From the NCBI RefSeq assembly GCF_000372725.1, contig NW_005201792.1, positions 227,452-249,152 on the forward strand: a DNA stretch of 21,701 nt. The letters run 5' to 3'. Below, piece by piece: positions 1 through 10,902 of this stretch. The DNA is from Emiliania huxleyi CCMP1516 (lineage: Eukaryota). Numbering within the stretch: position 1 is the stretch's first letter; each line of letters opens with the position of its first letter. The notes under the pieces are model-generated. The model ran no database searches. It saw only the letters and a list, made by a program, of their open reading frames with translations, and had not been told where the DNA came from. The translations under genes and the position numbers were made by a program.

Positions 1-69
1 TGTGCATGCATGCATGCATGTGTGTGTGTGTGTGCGCGCGCGCGCGGGCGCTGTGCGAGCCGCCCGAAC
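1..69. repeat. (TGCA)n-(TG)n-(CG)n compound microsatellite followed by TGTGCGAGCCGCCCGAACG; copy 1 of a dispersed repeat
   Basis: Read directly from the sequence; a similar block recurs at 517-588. Confidence 0.85.
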
Positions 70-516
70 GACCACATGGTGAGCACGCCCGAGCACCGAA
101 GCCCCGCCCGCGAGCGCCGGCGAGCGCATACACCGCGCCCGCGCCCGAAAGAAAGAAAACACAGGGGCAAACGAGGGATAGGGGAGGAGGACAGGGTCCA
201 CACCTGCACGAGCAGGATTTTGGAAGGACGATCAGGGGGACAGGTGGGCTCTCCTGCTCCTGACAAGGGACACGACAGGCTCGCAGCGCGGTGCACGGTG
301 GAATCCCAACTCCACTGGCGGTCTCATCTCAGTCTAGCGACCTTCCTCCGGCTTCTCACCGGCAGTCTCTCACTACCACAGGCACACTGACACAGGGGTG
401 GCGGGGGCGGCGGCATGAGTCTCCCACATACTATGCGGGCCTCACTAGAGGTGCGGCCTGCGCGTGTCCTCGCCCTTGGGAAGGTCTTGAGGGGGGAGGG
501 GAAGGGGCTGTGTGTC

Positions 517-528
517 TGTGCATGCATG

Positions 529-571
<43 letters not shown>

Positions 572-588
572 GCGAGCCGCCCTGAACG
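517..588. repeat. (TGCA)n-(TG)n microsatellite followed by TGTGCGAGCCGCCCTGAACG; copy 2
   Basis: Same order of motifs as 1-69, about 500 bp downstream. Confidence 0.85.
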
Positions 589-814
589 CCACGAGCGCGC
601 CGCGAGCGCCGTACGTGCCGGAGCCGGTCCGGCGCGCGCGCGGGCGGCCAGCGCCTGTAAACAGACATCTGTTTGCGAGGTGCGGCGGGTGGTGATGGGG
701 CTGGATCGCTTCTCGAACGGACGTTGTTCGTTCTCTTGCAGAAAATTTTCTTTTTTTGTTCTTCACGGCGTTCACCTTGAATCAGCTGAATACCTGCCGC
801 TCACGGTGCCCACC

Positions 815-3029
815 ATGACCTCGTACCAGTGGACGCCAATACACGCCATCTACAAGGGGTCGGCCGGCAGATTCGCGATGCCGCCTCCGCCGCCGCTCCC
901 CCGCTTTCCTTGCGGGATCGGGATCGCGCAGTCCGTCTGCTGCAGGGAACTGGCTACCGACGCCGGAAGCCCGGTCTGCTCGACGCTGGAGAGAGCGACG
1001 GAACAGGTCAAGGTGATCTCGTGCAACACGGACTTTGCGACGGGCGGGGTCTTTGAGGTGCGCTGCAGCGGCGCGTCCCCCGCGCCCTGGCAGCTCCTCG
1101 CTCCTCCGACCTCTCCACCCCTTGCGCACACTCTCCGCGCAGGGCTACTGCGACTTCACCTGCGCGCCCTACAACCTCGCGCTTGTGCACTGCGTCTACA
1201 ATCCGCCGCCTGCGCCGCCGCCGCCGCTCCCGCCGCCGCCGCCGCCGTCGCCGCCTCCCGCGGCGCCGCCGGTGCCACCCACGCTGCCGTCGCCGCCGCC
1301 GAGACCGCCGCCGCCGTGGCCACCACCGCTGCTGTGCAGCTCCCTCGCAGGGCGCACAAAGGTCCCCGACCCTGCTCCCCACATCCCCGGCGATTGCGGC
1401 AGCCTCCCCTCCCCTGCCAGCGACTGCGACCAGTACTACGCCGCCGACACCTCCGCGCCGGGCGCCTTCCACTTGTGCCAGCACCCGAGACCCCAGGACA
1501 CGGTGCGGTGCGGAACAAACCCCGGGCTTATCCAGGGCTGCGTCCCACCGCCGTCGCCGCCGCCGTCGCCGCCGTCGCCGCCGTCGCCACCACCGCCGTC
1601 ACCGCCCCCGTCGTCGCCGCCGCCTCCGTCGCCGCCGCTGCCGCCACCGCCGCTGCCGCCACCGTCTCCACCCTCGCCCCTTCCCTCCCCGCCGCCCGTC
1701 TCGCCCCTGCTCACCGAGGCTGCCGGCTGGGGCGCTTGGTACCTGCCCGGCGGGCGCCAGGGACGCTGCCTGGTCAGCTTTGGCCCGGCCGACTCAGGCC
1801 CAGCCAACGGCTCGCCTCCGTCGCCGCCTTTGCGCCCCGAGCCGGTCGCATGGCCGGTCGTCGACCTGCACCACATGGACGCGCTCCACTGCCGCGCCGG
1901 CTGCGCCCGCCGCCCCGCCTGCGTCGCGTACGAGGTGACCCCGGCGAAGGACTCGCCGCTCGCCTCTCACCGCTTCGACTGCCGCCTCTTCCACACGCCT
2001 CTCGTCGTCGCCGCCGTCGTGCCGCAGGCGACACCTCGCCGCACCTCGGCAACACCTCGGCACCACCTCGTGATGGCGTCCCGCGTGCCGCAGGGCGTCA
2101 GCGAGAGCCGGCGAGGCGGAGGTGCTGTCTGCTACGTCCGCCACATGCTCCCCTCGCCCCCCCCGAGCCCGCCGCCGCCGCTGCCGCCGCCGTCTCCACC
2201 GCAGCCAAGCATCGTCGCCGCAGCCGCCTCCGGAACCCTCGCGCTGCTCGCAGGCTGGCCGCCGCGTGTTCGCGTTGCGCGGGGTGCAAAGTGATCTCGG
2301 GTGAGACGCGGGGAAGCTTCTGGTTACAGGCGTGGCCGCCGTCCTAGCCGCCGTGCATCGCCGCCGGCCAGACTTGGCTCACCGGGCGAAGAGGAGAGCC
2401 GCCGCCGTGGGCGCAGAGGCTTCGGCCTCCGCCTCGGCCGCCGCCCTGCTCGCGGGTGCGGCGCTGAGCGACGCGAGGCACCGCGTGTCGCCGGCGGCGA
2501 AAGAGGCGTACTCCCGCGCCGGTGAGGCGGCTCGCGGGGCGCGGCAAAGCACACGGGCGGCAGCGTCGCGTGGAAAAGAAGCGTTGCAGGCCACCGTCGC
2601 ATGCGGCGAGGGAGATTGCCCGCGAGCCTGCCCGAGATCATCCGAGATCGCCGCGACTAGGCCGCCGCCGCGTGGGCGAAGGCGAGGCTCGAGCGCAGCA
2701 GCGGGATGCAGCTGCTCAGCGTCGACAAGTCGGCGGCGCCTTCGACAGAGCCCGCGGCCTCTGACCGCTGCGCGCCGCCGCCGCCGCCGCCGCCGCCGCT
2801 TGCCGCCGCCGCCACGTCCGAGACAGCGGCGAGCAAGGCGGAGCGAGTGATCCGGCGAGATTTGAGGCGAATCATCGCGACGGGGGAGGAGGAGGAGGAG
2901 GAGGAGCCAGTGATGCAAGCCGCCAAGCCGCTGTCCGAGCTCTTTGAGCGGGCCCGCGCAGGCCGCGCGGGGGAGCGGACGCAAATGGCGGTCACTCTCC
3001 CCGCCAGCAACGACATCGTGGATCTCTGA
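815..3029 (+). CDS. Proline-rich (SPPPP, extensin-like) single-pass membrane protein with Cys-rich modules and a PAN/apple-like domain, ~638 aa; join(815..1057,1143..2027,2094..2253,2330..2589,2661..3029)
   Basis: Four introns (GT-AG 1058-1142; GC-AG 2028-2093, 2254-2329, 2590-2660) join ORF frames 512, 1035, 2332 and 2706 in phase. PAN-like pattern HCRAGCARRPACVAYEV...FDCRLF. Splicing builds a hydrophobic segment IVAAAASGTLALLAGVAAVLAAV followed by HRRR. The start codon is uncertain (695, 815 or 878), and the 2028-2093 intron is in-frame, so it is unproven. Confidence 0.7.
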
Positions 3030-3595
3030 GTCACACGTTACTGAGAGCGAGACTCGCCACACAACACACATATGTGCGACATCCACCAAGCCCCGCGCAC
3101 CCCCCGCAGAAACCCCCACCGACATGACGATACTTTCACACTCTGTGGCCAGCCCCGGGGGGTCCTTGGCTTGCTCAAGTACCTAGGTAAAGCCGTACGG
3201 CTTTTTTGGTGGCTCTACTCTACCCGCGCGGGGTGGGGGCGCGGGGCGGGCGGCCGGGCGGGCGGCGGAGCGTGCGACACACAGCCCTCCACGCCGTGGT
3301 CCGTGCAGCTGCACAGGCCACAGGGCGCGTGCACCGAGAGCGAAACCATTTTTTGGCCGTATATTGCAGATTACATCTCATAATATGCGAGGTCTCAAAA
3401 TTACATCTCACTTCTCACTAACTCGGGGCCCACGCACCTGGGGGGTGGTGGGGGCCCTCTATGGGCGAACGGCATGCCCCCCGCGCCCCCCCCGCCCCCC
3501 GCGCACATGCACACGATCACCTCACACACACTCACACACACTCTAGACAGTGTCAAAAACAGCTGATCGCGCGGCGCAACCTCTGTGCGTGCGGC

Positions 3596-6500
3596 CTATC
3601 TGTGCGTGCGTCTCGGGTTAAAGCTTTTCCCGCGGCGTTTGAGCTCATTGGCGCCGGCGTCGCGGATTGGCAAGGGGCTTCCACCCACGGGGCTCAGCCG
3701 CCCGCCCGCATCGAACGCCGACGGCGGCCCGTCGCCATGATAGGAGTGGCGGGGGTTAACCTCGCGGTGCGTTTGCGCGCGCGCAAGCAGGTCACCGCCG
3801 CGGCTCGACGTCATCTCGAGCACGAGTGCCTTGGCCTGCAGCTGCTCCTGCGTGATGGGCACCTGCAGGAAGGAGCGCAGCACCGCCGCCTCGCCCGTCA
3901 TCCACTGGCCGTTGGAGCAGACCTGCCGCACGTACGACTGCAGCCTCTGGCCGGCCGCCTCAGCCGCCTCGGCCGACGGCGCGCGGCTGCCGAGCGGCCA
4001 GCGCGGCTTTGCGATTGGCGGCGGCGGCACAAAGTGCATCGCGTGCGAGAGCCCCTTGTGCAGCTCGAGCACCTCCTTCTCCTGCCGCAGGACGGACCAC
4101 TTGACCCCGTCGAGCTCCGCCTCAATCACAAAGACAAGCCGCCCCTCCGCCGTCCGGTTCACCTCGAGCACGGAGATGCGCAGCGCCTGCGGCGTCGCGA
4201 TCTTCATCGACGCGCGCAACGCAGCCTCGGCCTGCTGCGTGTTCCAGACGCCAGGCCCGGCCGCGCCGCTTGGCCCGGCGAGAGCGCCGCCCCAGCTCGC
4301 CCCCGACGAGAGGCCGCCAGACGACATGCCGCCGTCCTGCTCGACCTCGTCGTCCCCCCCCTCGCCCGCGCCGTGCCAGGCGGAGGCGCGGTTGCCGCGC
4401 TCCGACGCCATGCTCCCCACGCGCACCGACTTGCGGTTGCCGTGCGACGTGATCGACGTCGCGCGCGAGGAGAGGGAGACGGATCGCTCCATCCCGCCCT
4501 CGGCCCCGTCCCAAAAGCCGCCCGCCTTGACAGGCCGCTGCCGCCGCCCGACGCCGCCAGACGAGCCATAGCCGCCCGAGCCTTGCCGGGGGCGGTCGGG
4601 GCGGTCTCCGAACGAGGCGCGTTGGTGCGAGCTGGCGACTGGAGACGCGTGGCGCTCCGAGTCCGAGTCAAAGGAGCGGCCGAGGTAGTCCGTGTTGCGG
4701 TCCGTGTTGCGGTCCGTGTACCGGTCGACGCGGACGGATGCGCGCCACGGCTCGGGTGCCATCGCCATCGACATGCGCGAGCGCGGCACGTCGTGCGGCC
4801 GCGGCGTGCCGTCGGGCGAGGCGGAGAGGAAGTCGGTGTGGTTCTTGGGCGCGACGACCTCGAGCACGTCGAGCAGCGCCTTTGAGAGGTACGCCTCGCG
4901 GGTGAGCGACTCGCGCATGGGGTCGCGGGGGTGATGACTGGGTGACTCGGTGGTGAGTTGGGGTGGTGTCAGAGGGTCGGGTTGGGGGCGAGGGGGGGGG
5001 AGGGGGGGGGGGGCCATGGGCGCGGTACGTGTGGCGCCTCGACATCGGGTCGGTCGGCCGGCTCCTCGCGCAGGCACTCCTCCATCAACTCGGGCAGGCG
5101 CGCCGGCCAGCGCGCCGCGTCGGCGGGCTCGAGCGCCGGCCGCTCCAGCATCCGCGTGATGACCCCGATGATGATGGTCGAGGTGTCCTGCCCTACGTAC
5201 GGCAGCTGCCGCGCGAGCACCTCGTAGAGCAGCACGCCGAAGGAGTACGAGTCGGCCTTCTCGTCGTACCGGCCGCCGCGCAGGATCTCGGGCGCGGTCC
5301 ACTGCGGAGAGCCGACGCCCGAGCGCTCGTTTGGGTCAAAGTTGTTTGCCGCGTCCTCCATCGAGTGCGAGAGCCCGAAGTCGCACACCTGCGCGGTGCA
5401 CGAGGCCCGCGCGGTGAGACCTCTGCGGCTCGCAGTCCGGGGCGCCTCCCCCCTCGCGCACCTTTGCGGTGCCCGACTCGTCGAGGAGCACGTTCGCCGA
5501 CTTGAGGTCGAGGTGCAGCACGGGAGGCTCGCAGTGGTGGAGGTAGTAGATGCCGAGCGCCACCTAGAGGAGGAGGCGGAGGCGGGGAAGGGATGGGGGC
5601 GGGAGGGTGGCGCGAGGGTGGCGGGAGGTGGCGGGAGGGTGGTGAGGCGGCCTCGCGCAGCACGACGAGCATGTAGTGCTCGTTGAGCTCTTCTCGCGTG
5701 TACGGCTCCTTGTAGAGCAGGTCGAAGAGCGAGCGCGGGCAGAGCTCGAACAGGATGCACATGTGCTGCATGTCGAGGCACGCGCCGAGGAAGCGGACGA
5801 TGTTGGGGTGGCGGAGCTCCGAGAGCAGCTGCATCTCGCGCAAGAAGTCCTGCTTCCCCTTGTCAGCGTCGCCGCTGCCGCTGCCCCGCGTGAGCAGCTT
5901 GACGGCGACGTCGTTCCGCCGCCAGCTCCCTGCCCAGACCTCGCCGTACGCGCCGGCGCCGAGCCGCTCGTTGACCTTGAAGTCGGAGCGGCGGATCGCC
6001 CACTTGTACTGCTTCTCCTCGGCGCGCGTGAGCAGCACGTGCGTCCCTCGCGGCGTCAGGGTGCCGTCGAGCCGCGCCGTGTCGACCCCGTCCGTGCGCG
6101 CGGTGTCGGTGCCGTCGGTGCGCGCCGTCCCGTGCGTGAGCCGGCCGGAGGTGCGGGTGGAGATAGCGGTGCGGGACGAGTCGCCGTCGGAGAAGGGGAG
6201 GAGGAAGCCGCCCGAGGGGAAGGAGGAGTGCACGTCGAGCTTGACGGGCGAGGTGCCACGCTGGCCGAGGGCGCCGATCGCGTGCAGCTGGAGTGTCATC
6301 CTCGGCGGAGTGCTGTCGACGCTGGGCTCGGACGGCTCGGACAGCACCTCGGACGCCTCGCCGGACTCCGTGTCGGCCGACGCGTCGTGTGTCACGGGAG
6401 GCATGTTCGGCATCGGCGGGAGCGCGGAGCCCGAGCCTACAGTACGAGTACCGAGGTCAGCGCGTGAATGCGGTCTCGTGCAGCGCTGCGCGCGTCGCGT

Positions 6501-9500
6501 GAATGCGAGGGCTACCGAGTGCATGTGGCGAGAGCACGATGGGATGCAGCTGAGTCGTGTCTTCCCCGTGCTAGGTGGAGTACAGAGATGTGAACACCAT
6601 CTACGAGCCCGAACCCCGCGCCGCCCCCCCCGCGGGGGCGACCCTCAGTGCACCGAGGTTAAGGCTCAAGCGGAAGGCAGCAGCAGGAGCGGCAGGCTCC
6701 CCACCCGAGCCGCCTCCCTCGCCGCCGCTCCCGCCGCCCCCGCCGCCGACACCCCGGCCGGCGCCGCCATCACTGCCCGGCAGAGCGATGCGCGGCACTG
6801 GCGATACAGGCGGCGGCGCTGCCGCCGTCACCGCGTCGTCGTCCGAGTCTGAGCTCGACTCGACGTCCGCAGCGTTGCCGGCGTCCGCCTTTGCGGCTTC
6901 CGAAGACTCCTCCTCGGCGGCGGGGGCAGACTCGGCGGCGGGGGCAGACTCGGCAGCGGCGGCTCCTTGCATGGCCCTGGCGGAGAGGCCTCGCTGGCTG
7001 ACAGGGATGGGAGAGCCCTCGTTGGCGGCCGCGGCGGCGCCAGGGGGCGGGGTGCCCGCCGCGGCGGAGCCGCCGCCGCCACCAGCAGGCGCGTCGTTCG
7101 CGTTGGACGTGTCGGAGGTGCGGAGTGAGGGCGCCGACCGCCCGGCCGGCGAGAGGGGCGGCGGCCGGCGTGCAGGCGGGATGGTGGTGGGGCAGAGCTC
7201 GACGGGGGAGACGGCGGGGATGGAGGAGACGGCGAGCCGCGAGTAGAAGCGCACGGCGGGCCGTGCGTGCGAGGAGAGCGCGGTGGCGTACGCGACGAGC
7301 ATTGCGAGCGCAACCTGTTTCATCGGGTGCGGCTCGTGAGGTGTGCATCGTCGAAGCGCTTGCTTTGGTGCATCGGCGTGGCCGGCGTGGGCTTGTCTAG
7401 CGCTGCGCCTGCCCGTTCGCCGACACCTTCGACGCCTCGCAGGAGGTCGTCCCCAAGTCCGGCTGCGCGCGCCGGATCTCCACGCACAGCTGTCGTGCCG
7501 CGAAGCACCGCGCCTGCAGCCGCACGGCGCGGGAGCGGGGCGCGCCGCCCATCTTGAGCATGGAGGCCCACCCGCCGCGCCGAGCAGCCGGGCTCGGGTC
7601 AGGGGACGACCCCTCTTGGGTCTGGAGCAGCCGCGCCGCGCTTTCGGCGTCGGTCGAGCCGCCGGGCGCGGCGGCACCCGTGGCGCGAGACTTGATCCGC
7701 CAGACCTCGGCGGCGCGCTGCACGCGGTCGAGCAGCTCGAGCGCGGAGTCTGGGCTGGCGGTGCCCACCTGAGGCGGGCGTGGAACGAGGCGGGGGTGAG
7801 AGAGGCCGAGCCGGCAGCGAGGGTCCCCGCGAGCGGCGCGCCACACCTTGAGCCTGCGCACAACCCGCTCGACCGCCTTGGTGTCGGAGGCGGTGGCGAG
7901 CTTGTCGAGGGCAGCAGTCACGTCGTTGGGCAGCAGCGCCTTGGCCGCCTTGGGCAGCAGCCGGGCGGCGGCGGGCGGCAGCTCGAGAGTCGCGATGAGC
8001 TCTTGGTGCAGCGCAGTGGCGGCGGCGTGCACCTATTGTAGTGGGTACTCTGGTTCTCATCATTAGCTGCAGGTGAAGCTGCAGCGGCGGCGGCGTGCAG
8101 CACCCGCTGCAGCGCCTCGACGAACGGCTGCGCGTCCGCGGCCTCGAAGGAGGCGCGGGAGGGCGCGAAGGCGGGGTGCGAGTGCTGCAGCTTTTGGTCC
8201 GCCTCGCGCAGCTCCTGCAGGATGGCCTGCTCGCCGACAGGCGGCGGTCAGGCGCGCGGCGGGGAGGGGCTTTGGGTGTGGGTAGGAGCGAGGTCTGTGG
8301 AGGGACACGCCCACCCTGGCGGCTGCTTTGGCTGTATGCGAGGGGGAGGGGGGGGGGGGAGGAAGGGGAGGAGGGGGGGGGCGGGCGGGACCTGCCGGTT
8401 GACGGCCGCGACGGTGCGCTCGCGCTCGGGCGGCCGCCCCTCGACAAACGGGCTGCCGCCGCTCTCGCCCTCCCGGGTGCCGTGGGAGGATCCGACGGAC
8501 GAGTTGATCGACGCTCCGTTCACCCTTCCGGCCGCCCCGCTCGGGCTGTGGCCGGTTCCCGCGCTGAGCTGCGACTCTGACTTAGGGCGGCAGCCGTCCG
8601 ACGGCGCGAGGGAGAGCTGGTCGCGCGAACGACCCGCGAGCGGGCCGAGGGAGAGGGCCTACGGGGAGGTTCCGAGAAGCGTCGGGGGAGGGTCCAGCCG
8701 CTTGTGGCCCCTCCGCGGCCCGAGGGAGGCTGCCGATGTGTCGGAGCGCTGCAGCACAATCGAGGCGTACCACCGCATATTGCGCTGCCACTCGCGGACG
8801 GGAGAGAGCTCGTTGGCCTTGAGCCTGTTGTCGTGGGCCTTGAGCGTGATGGCCGCCGCCTTCTCCTTCGCCTCGCCGCTCGCGTACTGCCCGAGGTCGA
8901 AGCAGCGGTCTGCGAGCTCGATGATCAGGCGCGACATCGAGACCGCCGCCGCGGGGAACTCCTTGTCATTCGCGGAGACGGCCGGCAGCGGCGGCAGCGG
9001 CGGGAGAGACTTGAGCGCAGCGGCGAGCACCTGTTCGACAGTGAAGTGCGGATGCGCGCAAGGGGGGCAACCAGCACGGGGAGCGCGGCGCGCGCGGCGC
9101 ACCCGCGACTGCGGCGTGCGAGGCAAGTCTGGCAACTCTGCCAGCCGAGGGCCGATTGCTTGCAAGATGGAGCGCTGCTGCTGGCTGAAGAGGGCTGGCG
9201 AGGAGGACTGCGAGAGGAGGACGCCGCGCATGCGCTGGGACGCCCCTCGCTGCAGCCGCGGCCGCGCGCCCTCCTCTCCCTGCCGCGGGGTCGCGCCGGC
9301 CGTCCGAGGCGTCGACGAGGCCGCGCCGGCCGCCATCGCTGCTGCTGCGGGCGTCTGGTCCTTGGCGCCGTCGCCGACCTGCGCGCGCGGCGACATGGAC
9401 GCCATGAACCCGCCGCGGCGCCCCGAGGCCCGGGCACGCGCCGTCGCCGCCTCCGACATTTCCGCCGACCGTGTCGAGTCGGCCGCAGCCGTGGCGCACT

Positions 9501-10167
9501 CACTGCCGCCGCTGCTGCAGCCGCCGCCGCCGCCGCCACCGCCGCCGCTGCTGCCGGCAAGTTCCGCATCCCTCGCCAGCTTCTCGGCTTGCATGCGAGC
9601 GAGGGCCACCGCCGTTGGCGTCGGCGGCACCGCCACCGGCTTGCCGCCCTCGACGGCATCCTGCGGCACCTGTCCAAGGTTGAGCTTGAAGCCTCGGGCG
9701 CCGGCCAGCTGCGCCACGGGAGCTGGCTCGCTCGGGCCGCCCTCATCGGCGCTCGCGCTGTCGTCGTCGTCGTAGTCGGACGATGAGGAGGCATCTGCTG
9801 CTGCCGTGGCGGCGGCAGTCCTCGCCGAGGCAGCGGCGAGGGTGGCTCTGAGAGCCGCCACCTGCGCCGCGTGGCTGGCCGCCTCTGGCTGGTTGGCTGC
9901 TGGATCGCCCTCGGGCGCGTCGGCCGCCCCAGGGGCGGCGGCTGGGCCCTCGTGGGGCGTGAGTGCTGCGCCGGTGCCGTCCTCGGCAGCCCCGGAGGCT
10001 GTGAGATCCTCCCCAGAGGCCCCTTGCTCGACCTCCTGCCCGTCCGGCGCTGGTGGCGAAGGGTCCGGTGCAGCCTCCGAGGCCTCGGCGTCGCCCAAGC
10101 CAGCAGCCGGAGGCGCGTCCTCGCGCTGCTCGCGGGGCGAGAAGTACTCGCCGATGAAGTTGAGCAT
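3596..10167 (-). CDS. Large TKL (Raf/MLK-like) Ser/Thr protein kinase with C-terminal PX-like domain, ~1804 aa; complement(join(3596..4879,5038..5388,5462..5563,5652..6436,6615..7314,7514..7768,7847..8032,8104..8226,8392..8658,8734..9030,9103..10167))
   Basis: All kinase motifs are present once spliced: LGAGAYGEV, VAVK, FLREM, HPNIV, HLDLKSAN, VCDFG, GSPQWTAPE, DSYSFG, RPDVEALLDVLE. All 10 introns have GT/GC..AG ends and keep the phase. The kinase and PX exons (3596-6436) are well supported. Joining them to the upstream exons as one gene is inference, and the donors at 6614 and 8733 have alternatives. Confidence 0.75.
3858..4190 (-). other. PX (phox homology)-like domain within the last exon of the kinase gene
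   Basis: LRISVLEVNRTAEGRLVFVIEAELDGVKWSVLRQEKEVLELHKGL...PPPPIAKPRW...QRLQSYVRQVC...LRSFLQVP follows the PX pattern (three beta strands, W-x-V-x-R, LH, Pro-rich loop, LxxYL, FL). Boundaries are approximate. Confidence 0.7.
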
Positions 10168-10242
10168 GGATGAGCAGCGCGGCGCTTGGTGGTGCTCACG
10201 TTATAGAGCGCCTCGAGTCTCTTGGCTGGCGTCCGTCCCTGT

Positions 10243-10902
10243 GCCGACACCATTCACAGCCCTGTTTTGAGAAGAAAATACGTCTTTCGCGCTGTTCACG
10301 TAAACGCACAACCCCGGGCCCAAAATCGGCGCCACATAAACGCACCTCGGGCCCGAAATCGCACAGAGACAGTCACGCAACACGGGGTCCCAGGAGAAGG
10401 CGAGCAAAACCCTTATCACGCGCGCTAGACGCCGACTCGGAGGCCGCACCGGGAGAGAGATTTTCAGCAATACCAAACAACTCTAACACTCACTCGTCAT
10501 TTGGGGCCTGGAGCCCTGTTCACGCGCGCGCGAGACGTGCAGACAGGGTTGCCAGGTGAGAGCGAATGGCGCGGTTCACGCCTCGCACAACAGAGAGAGA
10601 GATGCGCTCTGCATGGTGGGACATAAAAGAGAGCGAGTACTTGGGCGAGTAGGCCGTGCGGTCAACGCTGCCGCGCGCGACTTTGCGCGCGAGGCGGCGC
10701 AGCTTTTGTCCGCACCGGTCAGGCGCACAGCCGGAGAGAGAGGGAGGCGCTCAATGGCGCTGTTCACAGAAAAACACAACCCAGGGCCCAAGACGCACAA
10801 GCACAGACAGTCGAGAAGGGAGAGAGACAGGAACAGTCAGAAGCCGACACCATTCACAGCCTTGTAGCTTGTTATTGACAAGAAAATACGTCCTACTTCA
10901 CA
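10243..10902. repeat. Duplicated blocks upstream of the kinase start (A-B ... B-A order) with several TTCAC motifs; putative promoter region
   Basis: Block A GCCGACACCATTCACAGCC...AAGAAAATACGTC at ~10243-10283 and ~10843-10892. Block B GCGCTGTTCAC...CACAACCCnGGGCCCAA at ~10287-10323 and ~10757-10790. Confidence 0.7.

Noticed and set aside
512..2347. 611-aa ORF taken as a single exon
   Set aside because: It starts in a TG microsatellite and becomes off-frame Ala/Arg sequence after 1057; the spliced model is more coherent.
3461..4885. 474-aa plus-strand ORF (also 5676..6467 and 5755..6852)
   Set aside because: Antisense shadows of kinase/PX exons; stops are rare at this GC content and no motifs are present.
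8222..9786. 517-aa and 360-aa plus-strand ORFs
   Set aside because: Antisense to the minus-strand exons, whose splice sites and phases are consistent.
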